From contig CAWCPV010000008.1 of the NCBI GenBank assembly GCA_963797555.1, forward strand, positions 43,221 through 107,220: 64,000 bases of DNA, written 5' to 3'. Source of the stretch: an uncultured Gammaproteobacteria bacterium (GTDB taxonomy: Bacteria; Pseudomonadota; Gammaproteobacteria; CAWCPV01). Under the pieces are notes generated by a model that saw nothing but the letters and a program-made list of their open reading frames with translations, was not told where the DNA came from and made no database searches. The translations under genes and the position numbers were made by a program. Every line of letters begins with the position of its first letter. Positions within the stretch are counted from its first letter, which is position 1. Positions 19,988 to 30,135 of this stretch are shown here, piece after piece.

Positions 19988-20597
19988 TCAGTGCGCCTCC
20001 AGCATCGGGCGCAGATAGGCCCACACATTGTCGAGGATGCGTGGCTGTCCCTCGGCCTTGGGGTGCAATCCATCTTCCTCTGTGAGGGCTGGGTTGCCTC
20101 CCACCCCTTCCAACAGGAAGGGAATCAACGGCACGCCAGCTTGGCGCGCTAGGCTAAAATACACCTCTTTGAACCTGTCTATATAGCTGGGGCCATAGTT
20201 GGGCGGCAGGCGCATACCAGCGAGCAGAACGCGAGCTCCGCGACTTCGGGCGAGATCGATCATGGCGGCCAGGTTGTGTTCGATCTCGGCCGGAGCTAGT
20301 CCGCGCAACCCGTCGTTCGCTCCGAGGCTCGAGGATCACCACAGCGGGTCGGTACCGGTCCAAGGCGGCTGGCAGGCGCTCCAGTCCACTGCGGGTGGTA
20401 TCACCGCTGATGCTGGCGTTTACGACCCGGTATGGGTAGCCGGACTGCTCGAGTCGCAGCTCGAGGAGTCGCGGCCATCCCTGGGCGGCTTCCATGCCGT
20501 AGGCAGCGCTCAGGCTGTCACCCAGCACCAGAATGAGAGGCTCACTCGCGTGAGCACTCGAGCCGCACAGTAACATCCACAGGAGCACTCTGGACAT
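19988..20597 (-). pseudogene. tesA: Arylesterase/acyl-CoA thioesterase I, +1 frameshift near 20326 (possibly a sequence error)
   Basis: GDSLSAAYG, NASISGDTT; removing one base restores LELGANDGLRG; DGLHP. Confidence 0.85.
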
Positions 20598-20613
20598 CGT
20601 TCTTGACCCCGGC

Positions 20614-21282
20614 ATGCCTATTCTCCGGGTCCGCGGACTGGGCAAGCAAGTGCCGGTGCGCGACGGGACCCTGGTTCTGCTCTGTGACGTGAACCTGGAC
20701 GTGGCGGCGGGCGAGGCCCTCGCCGTCCTGGGCATATCCGGGTCAGGAAAATCCACGTTGCTGGGCTTGGTCGCAGGGCTGGACGTGCCCAGCGAAGGCT
20801 CCGTCTGGCTTGCCGGCGTGCGGCTGTTCGACTTGGTCGAGGACGAGCGGGCGCGACTGCGGGGGGAGATGATTGGGTTCGTCTTTCAATCCTTTCAGCT
20901 TCTTCCGGCCCTGACTGCGCTGGAGAACGTGATGCTCCCGCTGGAGCTGGCAGGCCATCGCGACGCGAGGGGCGTGGCACGCGAGGTGCTGGAGCGCGTC
21001 GGGCTGGGTGGGCGGCTCCACCACTCTCCGCGCCAGCTTTCCGGCGGAGAGCAGCAGCGCGTCGCGATCGCACGGGCTTTCGCTCCCAACCCCAGACTGC
21101 TGCTGGCGGACGAGCCCACTGGCAACCTCGATGCGCGAACCGGCAGGCGCATCATCGATCTGCTGTTCGATCTCAATCGGGAACGAGGCACCACGCTCGT
21201 CATCGTGACCCATGACGCCGCTCTGGCGGAGCGCTGCGATCGCCAAGTTCGCCTGGAAGACGGGCGGCTGCTGCCGGCGTGA
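20614..21282 (+). CDS. ABC transporter ATP-binding protein (YbbA/LolD-like)
   Basis: GISGSGKST, LSGGEQQR, LLADEPTGNLD; divergent from tesA. Confidence 0.92.
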   Translation: MPILRVRGLGKQVPVRDGTLVLLCDVNLDVAAGEALAVLGISGSGKSTLLGLVAGLDVPSEGSVWLAGVRLFDLVEDERARLRGEMIGFVFQSFQLLPALTALENVMLPLELAGHRDARGVAREVLERVGLGGRLHHSPRQLSGGEQQRVAIARAFAPNPRLLLADEPTGNLDARTGRRIIDLLFDLNRERGTTLVIVTHDAALAERCDRQVRLEDGRLLPA

Positions 21283-21283
21283 G

Positions 21284-21709
21284 CTAGTGCAGAGGGCCCG
21301 CCGGGCGCTCCGGAGCCCGCGACCCGCGGCTGGGAGATGCATGGTGCAGTATGATGCGCCAGCCGGCCGGTGTCAGGCGGTAGACATTGGTAGCCACGAT
21401 GGGCGGCCGCTTGTGCGGCTCGCCGCTCACGTGGATGTGCTCCTCCACGACACGGACGGCCAGGTGAGGCTCCTCAGACGCGGACACCAGGTTAACCTCG
21501 AATCGCAGTGTTGCCGTGCCTTGGAACATCTGCTCCCAGCTCCGGCGGACGGCGGCGATACCGCGCAACGCAGGCCCCATAGGGTGGACGCAGAGGACAT
21601 CGGGGTGCTCGGCCCAGACGCGCATCATGGCTTCGGTGTCCGCGGACTCGAAGGCGTGGTAGAAGGCCGCTTCGGCCGCCTCGGGATCGGAGAAGGTCTG
21701 CGCAGTCAT
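21284..21709 (-). CDS. SnoaL/NTF2-like protein
   Basis: AFYHAFE..D..AM..VW..CVHP...ATNVYR....WRIILHHAS. Confidence 0.85.
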   Translation of the reverse strand: MTAQTFSDPEAAEAAFYHAFESADTEAMMRVWAEHPDVLCVHPMGPALRGIAAVRRSWEQMFQGTATLRFEVNLVSASEEPHLAVRVVEEHIHVSGEPHKRPPIVATNVYRLTPAGWRIILHHASPSRGSRAPERPAGPLH

Positions 21710-21872
21710 GGATCAGCGCCGCTAGTGACTGGGGTCAGCGGGGAATGGTCTTGGTCGGGGCGCCGTGAAATCTACACGACGGCAGGGCGCCCGTTGAGTT
21801 CCGTGCCAGCGGCGGATGGCCACGGTGAGGTGCGGTGTTCGGCGCTCGGCGACGTTGCGTGGGTGCCCGCCT

Positions 21873-22526
21873 TCACCAGCACACAGCGGTGTTGCCGAAC
21901 AGTTGGCAGCGGCTGCCGGGGCCATACAGCATATTGCCGTAGCGCTGGTAAGGTGTCCCCAGACCCGGGAGCGTGCCGAACGCGTGGTAAGCTGGGCCTT
22001 CTGGCCCTTCTATCATACTGCCCTGGTACCGATAGCCGTTTCCCGGTTCCGAAGGGGAGACGTACGACCGCCCGGTGCTGGGTGCGCGCGGTGCCGGGAT
22101 CGCGCCGTGGGGTGTCCGCCAGGAAGGGGGTCTTGCGGCCGGGGTCCTCGGACCGGAGGCTGGCGGCCATGCCGACGGTGCCTCTGCACGATCCGGCCCG
22201 CGGCGCTGGCCGGGCCCTGCGACGTTCCCGGGGGTACCGGCGCTCGGAGCGTTCAACTCGGGGCTGCCAGGGCAGGGGGGCTGAGCACAGGGGTTTGGAT
22301 AGCCATAGTAGGGCTGTTGCCGGCAAGGCCCATAGCGCAGCGGGCCCGGCGGCCAGTAGTCACGCTGCCCATACTGGGCACCGGCCGGGATCACCGCGGC
22401 GAGCAGCAGGACCCCGAGAGGCAGCGCTGCGCTCCGTGCCCTTGTTCTCGGGCCGTTCGCGACGATCTCTTCACAAGCTCTGAGCGTTGACATGGGATCT
22501 TGCCCGCCTAGCCATTGGGCCCACAA
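21873..22526 (-). CDS. Hypothetical Pro/Gly-rich, probably secreted protein (start uncertain)
   Basis: Signal-like LPLGVLLLAAVIPAGAQ; Cys-containing C-terminus. Confidence 0.4.
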   Translation of the reverse strand: MWAQWLGGQDPMSTLRACEEIVANGPRTRARSAALPLGVLLLAAVIPAGAQYGQRDYWPPGPLRYGPCRQQPYYGYPNPCAQPPCPGSPELNAPSAGTPGNVAGPGQRRGPDRAEAPSAWPPASGPRTPAARPPSWRTPHGAIPAPRAPSTGRSYVSPSEPGNGYRYQGSMIEGPEGPAYHAFGTLPGLGTPYQRYGNMLYGPGSRCQLFGNTAVCW

Positions 22527-22544
22527 TCATTCTAGACGAACCCG

Positions 22545-23450
22545 GTGATACATCGCATCACGCGACTGTTCCCGCTTTGGGCGTCGCTGTTCTGCGCGGC
22601 GGCTTGGTATCGACCCACCCCGTTTGCCGCGCTGCAGCCTGCGGTTCTGCCGCTGCTAGGGGTGGTGATGTTCGGCATGGGGATGACCCTGACCGTCGAG
22701 AGCTTTGCATTCCTTCGGCGCCGCCCGCTGCTGGTGGCGCTCGGGTGTGCACTACAGTTCAGCATCATGCCGGCGAGCGCTTGGCTGATCGCAAAGGGGC
22801 TGGCGATGCCTCCGGATCTGGCGGTCGGCATGGTGTTGGTCGGTAGCTGCCCAGGCGGTACGGCATCCAATGTCGTCTGCTACCTTGGCCGGGGCGATGT
22901 GGCACTGTCCATCACGCTGACGGCCGCGTCCACCCTTCTTGCCGTGGCGGCCACGCCGCTGCTGACTGCGTACTACGTGGGGCAAACCGTCCCGGTCCCC
23001 CGTCTGGCCATGCTGCTCGACATCGCGAAGGTAATCGTCCTGCCGGTGCTGCTGGGGATCTGGCTCAACACTTACTGGAGGGTGCTGCTGGAGCCGGTGA
23101 AGCGCTGGCTCCCGCTGGTGTCGGTGGCCGCCATCGTGCTCATCATCGCCATCATCGTGGCTCTGAATCATGCTCGCCTCGCGGGTCTCGGTCTCACCGT
23201 CGTGGTCGGGGTGGTGCTCCACAACGCGACTGGACTCGCTGGCGGCTACCTTGTTCCGTGGCTGCTGCGACTGGACGCGCGGACCTGCCGGACCCTCGCC
23301 ATTGAGGTCGGCATGCAGAACTCGGGGCTGGCAGTGGCACTCGCCGGAAAATACTTCGCGCCGGCCGCAGCCTTGCCGGGAGCAGTATTCAGTATCTGGC
23401 ACAACCTGAGCGGAATCGGGCTAGCCAGTCACTGGGCCAGAAGGGGATAG
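22545..23450 (+). CDS. Bile acid:sodium symporter family transporter
   Basis: MFGMGMTL, CPGGTASNV, IEVGMQNSGLA. Confidence 0.92.
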   Translation: MIHRITRLFPLWASLFCAAAWYRPTPFAALQPAVLPLLGVVMFGMGMTLTVESFAFLRRRPLLVALGCALQFSIMPASAWLIAKGLAMPPDLAVGMVLVGSCPGGTASNVVCYLGRGDVALSITLTAASTLLAVAATPLLTAYYVGQTVPVPRLAMLLDIAKVIVLPVLLGIWLNTYWRVLLEPVKRWLPLVSVAAIVLIIAIIVALNHARLAGLGLTVVVGVVLHNATGLAGGYLVPWLLRLDARTCRTLAIEVGMQNSGLAVALAGKYFAPAAALPGAVFSIWHNLSGIGLASHWARRG

Positions 23451-23452
23451 CA

Positions 23453-24226
23453 GTGTTGCACGACAGCGGCGTCGCGATCCACGTGGAGGACCTGTCCAAG
23501 CGTTATCAGGAGATGCTGGCCGTCGACGGTGTGAGCTTCGAAGTCGCCGCCGGCGCCACCTGCGCCCTTCTTGGCGGCAACGGCGCCGGCAAGACTACCA
23601 CCCTGGCCATGTTGCTGGGCCTGCTGCTTCCCACCGAAGGGCGCATTACCATCCTTGGCGAGGACATGCTGCGTCACCGTTATCGGGTGCTGCCTCGGAT
23701 GAACTTCTCCTCGCCGTATGTGGACTTGCCGCAGCGCTTGACAGTGGCCCAGAACCTGACGGTGTACGCCCGTCTATACGGACTGCGGGACATCCGCGGG
23801 CGCCTGGCAAGGCTGGGCGAGGACTTGGACGTCGCACAGTTCATGAACCGTCCCTATGGCACGCTTTCCTCCGGGCAGAGGACCCGCGTGGCACTGGCCA
23901 AGTCTCTCCTCAATCAGCCGGAGGTGCTGCTCATGGACGAGCCCACAGCGTCCCTGGATCCCGATACTGCCGACCGGATGAGAGCCTACCTTCAGGCCTA
24001 TCAGCGGACCTCGGGGGCCACAATTCTGCTCGCCTCCCACAACATGCTGGAAGTGGAACGCCTGTGTAGCGATGTCATCATGCTGCGTGCGGGCCGCATC
24101 GTGGATCACGGGACCCCGAAGGTGCTGATCGCCAGGCATGGGCGCAAGACCTTGGAGGAAGTCTTCCTGGACATCGCACGGGAGCGAAGCTCGCGGGAGG
24201 CCGAGCTGCGGCGAGCGACTTCATGA
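23453..24226 (+). CDS. ABC transporter ATP-binding protein
   Basis: GGNGAGKTT, LSSGQ, LLMDEPTASLD. Confidence 0.93.
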   Translation: MLHDSGVAIHVEDLSKRYQEMLAVDGVSFEVAAGATCALLGGNGAGKTTTLAMLLGLLLPTEGRITILGEDMLRHRYRVLPRMNFSSPYVDLPQRLTVAQNLTVYARLYGLRDIRGRLARLGEDLDVAQFMNRPYGTLSSGQRTRVALAKSLLNQPEVLLMDEPTASLDPDTADRMRAYLQAYQRTSGATILLASHNMLEVERLCSDVIMLRAGRIVDHGTPKVLIARHGRKTLEEVFLDIARERSSREAELRRATS

Positions 24227-25023
24227 ACGCGTTCTCGCTGCGCCGCCTCGGGGCCATGGTGCTGCGCTATGTGTACCTGTTGAAGGGTTCCTGGCCGCGG
24301 GTGCTGGAGCTGGCGTATTGGCCCACCATGCAGATGATCCTATGGGGGTTCATTACGCTCTTCCTGCTTCAGCACAGCGCCTGGGTGGCACGGGCCTCGG
24401 GCGTGCTGCTCTCGGCGGTGCTGCTGTGGGACGTGCTGTTTCGCGGCCAGCTAGGGGTGTCCCTGTCCTTCTTCGAGGAGATGTACTCGCGCAATCTCGG
24501 ACAGCTATTCGTCAGTCCCCTGCGGCCTTACGAGTTGGTGGCCGCGACGTTGCTCATCAGCCTGATCCGCACGGTGATCGGTGTGGGGGCCGCCGCGCTG
24601 CTGGCCATCGCGTTCTACCACTACTCCATCTTCAGCATGGGGCTGCCCCTGCTCGCCTTCTTCTGCAACCTGCTGGTGATGGGGTGGGCCATCGGACTGA
24701 TGGTTTCGGCGCTGGTGCTGCGCTATGGCTTGGGCGCCGAGAGCTTGGCCTGGGTGGCGATCTTCGCCGTGCAGCCGGTCAGCGGCATCTACTACCCCAT
24801 CGCCGTGCTGCCCGGCTGGCTGCAAGCGGTAGCCATGTGGCTCCCCTCCAGCCACGTCTTCGAGGGGATGCGGGCAGTGCTCATCGAGCACCGTTTCCCC
24901 GTCGGTCAACTGCTGACCGCTGCCCTTCTGAATGTCTTGTATCTGGCGTTGGGCGTAGTGGTCTTCTTGTATGCTTTTCAGGTCGCCCGCCGGCGCGGGC
25001 TGCTGTTACACGTGGGTGAGTGA
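24223..25023 (+). CDS. ABC-2 type permease
   Basis: About 6 TM segments, SGIYYPI..LPGWLQ; coupled to the ATPase. Confidence 0.9.
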   Translation: MNAFSLRRLGAMVLRYVYLLKGSWPRVLELAYWPTMQMILWGFITLFLLQHSAWVARASGVLLSAVLLWDVLFRGQLGVSLSFFEEMYSRNLGQLFVSPLRPYELVAATLLISLIRTVIGVGAAALLAIAFYHYSIFSMGLPLLAFFCNLLVMGWAIGLMVSALVLRYGLGAESLAWVAIFAVQPVSGIYYPIAVLPGWLQAVAMWLPSSHVFEGMRAVLIEHRFPVGQLLTAALLNVLYLALGVVVFLYAFQVARRRGLLLHVGE

Positions 25024-25067
25024 GGACGAGCCGCGCGCGACCGAGCTGGCGGCCGTCCGCGCAGAGG

Positions 25068-25898
25068 CTATAGGCGATGGCCCGCGATGCTGAGCAGGAG
25101 CAGCATTGCACCCATCAGGACGGGCTGGTGAAGCATGTAGATCATCAGACTGTGGCGGCCTGTGGCGGCCAGCACGCTCGCCGCGGGGTGGGGGTAGCGC
25201 GCGGTGGCCCAGGCGGGTGGCGCGGACTTCCCGTACACGTGCTGTCCCACGAAGATCCCCAGCAAGACCACGCCGAGCCACGGGACGACGGGTACGTAGT
25301 CCTCAGTGGGCGGTTTGTATGTCATCAGCCCGATCCAGCGCAGGGCCGGGTGATCGAACCATGCCAGTCGCACGGCGTGTCCGACTATCAGAAGGGTGGC
25401 TCCCACAGCCAGGTTCGCCGGACCGAGCCGCAAGAAGGGCAGAGCGAGAAAGCTCGCGATCGCGATGAAGTGCAGTACACCGAAATAGATCCACCGCTGA
25501 GGAAACAGGAGATAACTGCCGGCACTCACCAGCGCTGCACACCCGCCGATGCGCACCAGCCGGGCGAGAAAGTTCCGCCAGCGCATCACCGGACTGCTCG
25601 CGAGGGACAGGCTGACCCCGACGACGCCGAGGAACAGGCTGAGGATGAGGATGCGGGACCCCCGCCAGAACGGCGACTGGTAGAAGTCGAAACGGGCGAG
25701 GCGGAAGTAGTTCAGGTCGTAGCAGAAGTGGTAGATGACCATGAGGACGACGGCACCGCCGCGCGCTATATCTACCAGCACGCGGCGCGGCGTGGGCGGA
25801 GCCTGCGCCGGACCGGGAGGTACAGGCTGTGGCCGGGCCCGCGCAGCCGAGGGGGCGCGCCGAGACCTTTTGCCGCGAGTTTTGTGACGGCGGACCAA
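25068..25898 (-). CDS. DUF1624 / heparan-alpha-glucosaminide N-acetyltransferase family membrane protein
   Basis: DIARG.AVVLMVIYHF.YD, FGVLHFI, DYVPVVPW, GRHSL.IY.LHQP. Confidence 0.85.
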   Translation of the reverse strand: MVRRHKTRGKRSRRAPSAARARPQPVPPGPAQAPPTPRRVLVDIARGGAVVLMVIYHFCYDLNYFRLARFDFYQSPFWRGSRILILSLFLGVVGVSLSLASSPVMRWRNFLARLVRIGGCAALVSAGSYLLFPQRWIYFGVLHFIAIASFLALPFLRLGPANLAVGATLLIVGHAVRLAWFDHPALRWIGLMTYKPPTEDYVPVVPWLGVVLLGIFVGQHVYGKSAPPAWATARYPHPAASVLAATGRHSLMIYMLHQPVLMGAMLLLLSIAGHRL

Positions 25899-25945
25899 GC
25901 CGTGTTGCCTCCAGGGCCTTTGGGGCTAAAGCAGACTCAGCCCGA

Positions 25946-26650
25946 TTAGCGGAGCCTGGTGGGAAGCTCCGTGACTGACGCGCCGCACGCCAGCCGGTGC
26001 GCCCACCGCGTCGTCTGCGGAAGCCGGTAACGAGTCGTGCAGCGCATCACGACTGCGATGGCCCTTTCGAGACCGACCCGATGGCCGATGGAGACATAGA
26101 GAGGCCGCGTGTGGAGCTGGGTACGCAACACCGCGCCGATCATCTCGCCGCAGTCCCACAGAGGCTCCCAGGCGCCGCACGTATCCGCTACCTCGCCGTG
26201 CTCCCCGATGAGGCGGGTCTTCGCCACGCCGACGCTCGGAATATCGTTCAGCACCCCCAGATGGCAGGCCAGGCCGAACCGGCGCGGGTGTGCCAGCCCC
26301 TGTCCGTCGCAAAGCACGAGGTCGGGCATGACCGCGAGCGCCCCGAGCGCCTCCAGGACCGCCGGCAGCTCACGGAACGAGAGCAACCCCGGGACATAGG
26401 GAAACCGCGCCTCCACTTCGCACACGCTCCAGTCCACCAAATCGAGGCCGGGCAGACGCAGCACGGCCGCCGCGGCGCGGGCGCGAAACGAGGAGAAGGC
26501 CACGTCGATGCCGGCGACGAGCTTGACCTCGCCGAGCTGATCGGAGGTCACGACGTGAGCCCGCAGTCGTTCCTGGATAGATAGAGCTTCGCGGGGATCG
26601 ACGTTCCAGGCGTGGCTGTGGCGAAAGCGCTCAGCACGGCCGGGCCGCAT
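25946..26650 (-). CDS. nfi: Endonuclease V
   Basis: VAGIDVAF, FPYVPGLLSFRE, DGQGLAHPRRFGLACH, GVAK; start uncertain. Confidence 0.93.
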   Translation of the reverse strand: MRPGRAERFRHSHAWNVDPREALSIQERLRAHVVTSDQLGEVKLVAGIDVAFSSFRARAAAAVLRLPGLDLVDWSVCEVEARFPYVPGLLSFRELPAVLEALGALAVMPDLVLCDGQGLAHPRRFGLACHLGVLNDIPSVGVAKTRLIGEHGEVADTCGAWEPLWDCGEMIGAVLRTQLHTRPLYVSIGHRVGLERAIAVVMRCTTRYRLPQTTRWAHRLACGASVTELPTRLR

Positions 26651-26826
26651 GGCGGGGCCAATCGGCGGGCGTCCCGCCGGCCCTTCTACGGCTCGAATCC
26701 TGAGGCCCACCTCGTGGGCACGCGGTGACCCCAAAAAGTCCACTTCGTGCTCGCCCCCCGGTGAATGGACGGACGGCGAAACTTTGCCCCAATGCCGATG
26801 GAGGCCGGGAGGTTTTTCATAGACTG

Positions 26827-27171
26827 TCAGGGCTTCTTGGGGGCGCTGCCGGGCGGATATACGGGCAGCGGAAACGGGGTCACATTGTCACCGGTGGGGG
26901 TGCTGATTTTGTTGACGCCCTCTTTCTCCACCTCGTCGATGCGGATGACGGCGTGCATAGGCAGATACGTCTTGCGGACGCCAGCGAACTCCTCTTTTAG
27001 CCGCTCCTCCGACGGGTCGACTATCAGCTCGGAACGTTCCCCGAAGATCAGCTCTTCCATCTCGACGAAGCCAAACATTCCCCCGGTGCTTACACGCCGA
27101 GCGTGCACCTCGTACACTTTGCCCTGGTTGTAAAAGACGACCCGGTAGATGTCCTTACTCTTCATGTGCAC
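26827..27171 (-). CDS. DUF1820 family protein
   Basis: IYRVVFYNQGKVYEV..VDPSEERLK.EF.GV...PMHAVIRIDEV. Confidence 0.8.
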   Translation of the reverse strand: MHMKSKDIYRVVFYNQGKVYEVHARRVSTGGMFGFVEMEELIFGERSELIVDPSEERLKEEFAGVRKTYLPMHAVIRIDEVEKEGVNKISTPTGDNVTPFPLPVYPPGSAPKKP

Positions 27172-27288
27172 GCTCTCGACAAGACCCGAGGGAGCCCTTC
27201 CGCTGCGTCATAGGCTCCGTCGCGGGGGCGGGAAACGCCGTCGGCGCGGCTGCTCGTGAAGCTACGCGGGGGTGCCGCGCAGCCCGCC

Positions 27289-27906
27289 TCAGGCTTCACG
27301 GCCCAGACGCGACTGCAGCGGGCTGCTGCGGGGGAAGTGTGCGAGCAGGAATTCGAGTTGATCCGCTAACACTCGCCGGCCTTGGAGGTAGATGTACTCG
27401 GCGTAAGTGGGTATGAACGGCACGGCGAGAAGAGCCATGCCGGCCTGCTCCGGGCTGCGCCCCGCCTTGTGGTGGTTGCAACGCTTGCACGCTGTGACCA
27501 CGTTGTTCCAGCAGTCTTGTCCGCCCTGGCTCAATGGGGTGACGTGATCGCGGGACAGTTCCGTGGCCGGGAGACGCAAGCCGCAGTACATGCACAGATG
27601 CGCGTCGCGCCGGAACAAGGCCCCATTGTTCATGGGCGGGACGTACTGCTCGCGGGCCTTGAGCCAGCCCTGATGGGCCCCGCACGTGGCAAGGATCGCG
27701 CTCACCGAGATGACGCTGCGGTTTCCCGTCTTTGCATTGAAGCCGCCGCGAATGTCGTACAGATGGGTTCCGCACGAGTAAGCCACCTGCCCCTGGTGAT
27801 GGAGGCGCGCGGCGTTCTGGTAGCCGATCCACTCCAGCGGCATACCGGCGACGTCGGTGCGTAGGACTTGCTGGCTAAGGTCATACATGGCTAATTGCTC
27901 GTACAT
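27289..27906 (-). CDS. HNH endonuclease
   Basis: RRDAHLCMYCG..RDHVTP.S.GG..WNNVVTACKRCNHHK. Confidence 0.9.
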   Translation of the reverse strand: MYEQLAMYDLSQQVLRTDVAGMPLEWIGYQNAARLHHQGQVAYSCGTHLYDIRGGFNAKTGNRSVISVSAILATCGAHQGWLKAREQYVPPMNNGALFRRDAHLCMYCGLRLPATELSRDHVTPLSQGGQDCWNNVVTACKRCNHHKAGRSPEQAGMALLAVPFIPTYAEYIYLQGRRVLADQLEFLLAHFPRSSPLQSRLGREA

Positions 27907-28024
27907 TGAGCCCAGCCCGGCACGCTTACCGATGCCGCTGATGGGCGCCAACATCTTACCCGTAAATAGCTGCTTCAGCCAGGGGCCGGCTGGCGCGCCG
28001 GCAGGCCGGCAAGGGCTTGCACCG

Positions 28025-29377
28025 CTAGGAGGCTTGTCCGCTGAGGGGAACGACGGGCCGCCCGATAGCGTAATAAGTGAATCCCTCGTCCCGAAGCACC
28101 CGTGGGTCGTAGAGATTGCGGCCGTCGAAGATCACCGGCTCCTTGAGCGCAGCCTTGATTCTTCCGAAGTCAGGGCTGCGAAACACATTCCATTCGGTGA
28201 CGACCACGAGCGCGTTAGCCCCTTCGACTGCGCTCTCGGGGCTGTCGCAAAGCACTAGGTCGTTACGACCGTCGTAAAGACGTTGTGCCTCGTGCATCGC
28301 CTCGGGATCGAATGCCCGGATGCGCGCGCCATGCTGCCAGAGCGCCTCCATCAGGGTGCGGCTCGGTGCTGCCCGCATGTCATCCGTATTCGGCTTGAAC
28401 GCGAGTCCCCACAGGGCGAATGTGCGGCCCCTCAGGTCGGCGCTGAAGTGCTCGGCAATCTTTTCGAATAGGCGCTGCTTCTGGCGGTCGTTGACTGCAT
28501 CGACGGCACGCAGCAGATTGGCGTCGTAATCCGCCATCGAAGCAGTGCGGATCAGCGCCCGAACGTCTTTGGGGAAACACGAGCCTCCGTAGCCGCACCC
28601 AGGGTAGATGAAGTGATATCCGATACGTGGGTCGGAGCCGATGCCCACGCGCACCTGCTCGATGTCTGCGCCCAGACGTTCGGCGAGGTTGGCCAGCTCG
28701 TTCATGAAGCTGATTTTGGTCGCAAGCATGGCATTGGCGGCGTACTTGGTCAGCTCCGCCGAGCGCACGTCCATATCGATGAGGCGGTCGTGGTTGCGGT
28801 TGAAGGGAGCATAGAGCGCTCGCAGTAACTCTGTGGTTCGCGCATTATCGGTCCCCACTACGATGCGGTCAGGCTTCATGAAATCCTCTATGGCGTTCCC
28901 TTCCTTCAGGAACTCCGGATTGGACACCACGTCGAACGGGGCCTGCAGCTCCCGTTCATCGAGGACGTCCTGGATGACTCGGCGCACCAAATCAGCCGTT
29001 CCCACGGGGACCGTGGACTTGTTCACGACCACCCGGTACGCGGTGTCCATATGGCGGCCGATGGCGCGGGCCACGGCGACTACGTGCTGCAGATCGGCGG
29101 AGCCGTCTTCGTCCGGTGGGGTCCCGACCGCGATGAACTGGAACAGCCCGTGGGCCACGCCGGACGCCGCGTCCGTGGTGAAGCCCAGGCGACCGGCCTC
29201 TCGATTGTGGCGGACCAGTTCCTCGAGCCCCGGCTCGTGGATCGGAATCCTGCCTCGGTTGAGACCTTCGATCTTGCGGGCGTCCACATCGACGCACGTC
29301 ACGTGGTTGCCCATCTCTGCCAGGCAAGCGCCGGTGACGAGCCCAACGTAACCAGTGCCGAAGATGGTCACCTTCAT
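28025..29377 (-). CDS. ugd: UDP-glucose 6-dehydrogenase
   Basis: [35 protein letters not shown]. Confidence 0.95.
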   Translation of the reverse strand: MKVTIFGTGYVGLVTGACLAEMGNHVTCVDVDARKIEGLNRGRIPIHEPGLEELVRHNREAGRLGFTTDAASGVAHGLFQFIAVGTPPDEDGSADLQHVVAVARAIGRHMDTAYRVVVNKSTVPVGTADLVRRVIQDVLDERELQAPFDVVSNPEFLKEGNAIEDFMKPDRIVVGTDNARTTELLRALYAPFNRNHDRLIDMDVRSAELTKYAANAMLATKISFMNELANLAERLGADIEQVRVGIGSDPRIGYHFIYPGCGYGGSCFPKDVRALIRTASMADYDANLLRAVDAVNDRQKQRLFEKIAEHFSADLRGRTFALWGLAFKPNTDDMRAAPSRTLMEALWQHGARIRAFDPEAMHEAQRLYDGRNDLVLCDSPESAVEGANALVVVTEWNVFRSPDFGRIKAALKEPVIFDGRNLYDPRVLRDEGFTYYAIGRPVVPLSGQAS

Positions 29378-29494
29378 TTTCTGTCGCGTCTCCCAGTGTG
29401 AGCTGGCGTGCTCCCTCTGCCAGCGGCGGATTATACACCGGGGCTGGGTCGGCGCCGCGCAGGCACAGCCGGCGCCATGGAGTATGATAGCTAT

Positions 29495-29841
29495 GGGAGT
29501 CGGCCGGGCAGCCGCTGCACCGGTTTCGGTACAGAGGAAAGTCCGGGCTCCGCAGGGCAGGGTGCCAGGTAACACCTGGGGGGCGCGAGCCCACGGAAAG
29601 TGCCACAGAAACGACACCGCCTAAGCGCCATCGGCGCCGGTAAGGGTGAAATGGTGCGGTAAGAGCGCACCGCATCGGTGGCAACACCGGTGGCAGGGCA
29701 AACCCCACCCGGAGCAAGACCAAATAGGGGGACTATAGCGTGGCCCGCGCTGTCCCCGGGTAGGTCGCTAGAGGTGCGCGGCGACGCGCATCCCAGAGGG
29801 ATGGCTGTCCACGACAGAACCCGGCTTACAGGCCGACTCCC
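29495..29841 (+). ncRNA. rnpB: RNase P RNA, class A
   Basis: GAGGAAAGTCCGGGCTCC and ACAGAACCCGGCTTA signatures; terminal pairing GGGAGTCGGCC/GGCCGACTCCC; TATGAT -10 box at 29483. Confidence 0.97.
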
Positions 29842-30135
29842 GCCTCTCTCGGCGCCTTCCCTTGACCGAAGCTTGAGCGTACCGTTCCGGCGACATCCGT
29901 GCGTCGGGGCGTGGGAGGAGGTCTCAATACTCAACGAGCTAGCGGAGCGGGCTTGCAAGCGGAGCAGTCCTTGATACGTAGACTTGTCGGCGGCATGTCG
30001 CGTGCCATACGTCGCCGCGAGCCATTGTGAAGCTCATCAGGTGGCGCGTTAAACGAACCAGTCGCTGCCCCGCCTTACACGCCACCCCCACGATTCTTCC
30101 ATTTCGCCGCAAAGGTAACGCCCGTCTACAAGGAG

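Noticed and set aside
21729-21738. Isolated TGGGGTCAG (also GGGGTCAG at the moaA stop)
   Set aside because: Lacks the transposase-tail context and any adjacent duplication; expected by chance at this GC content
27289-27906. HNH gene as a mobile or defence element
   Set aside because: Host-like composition, embedded among housekeeping genes, with no mobility signals
29491-29974. ORFs overlapping 29.5-29.9 kb
   Set aside because: They overlap the RNase P RNA gene
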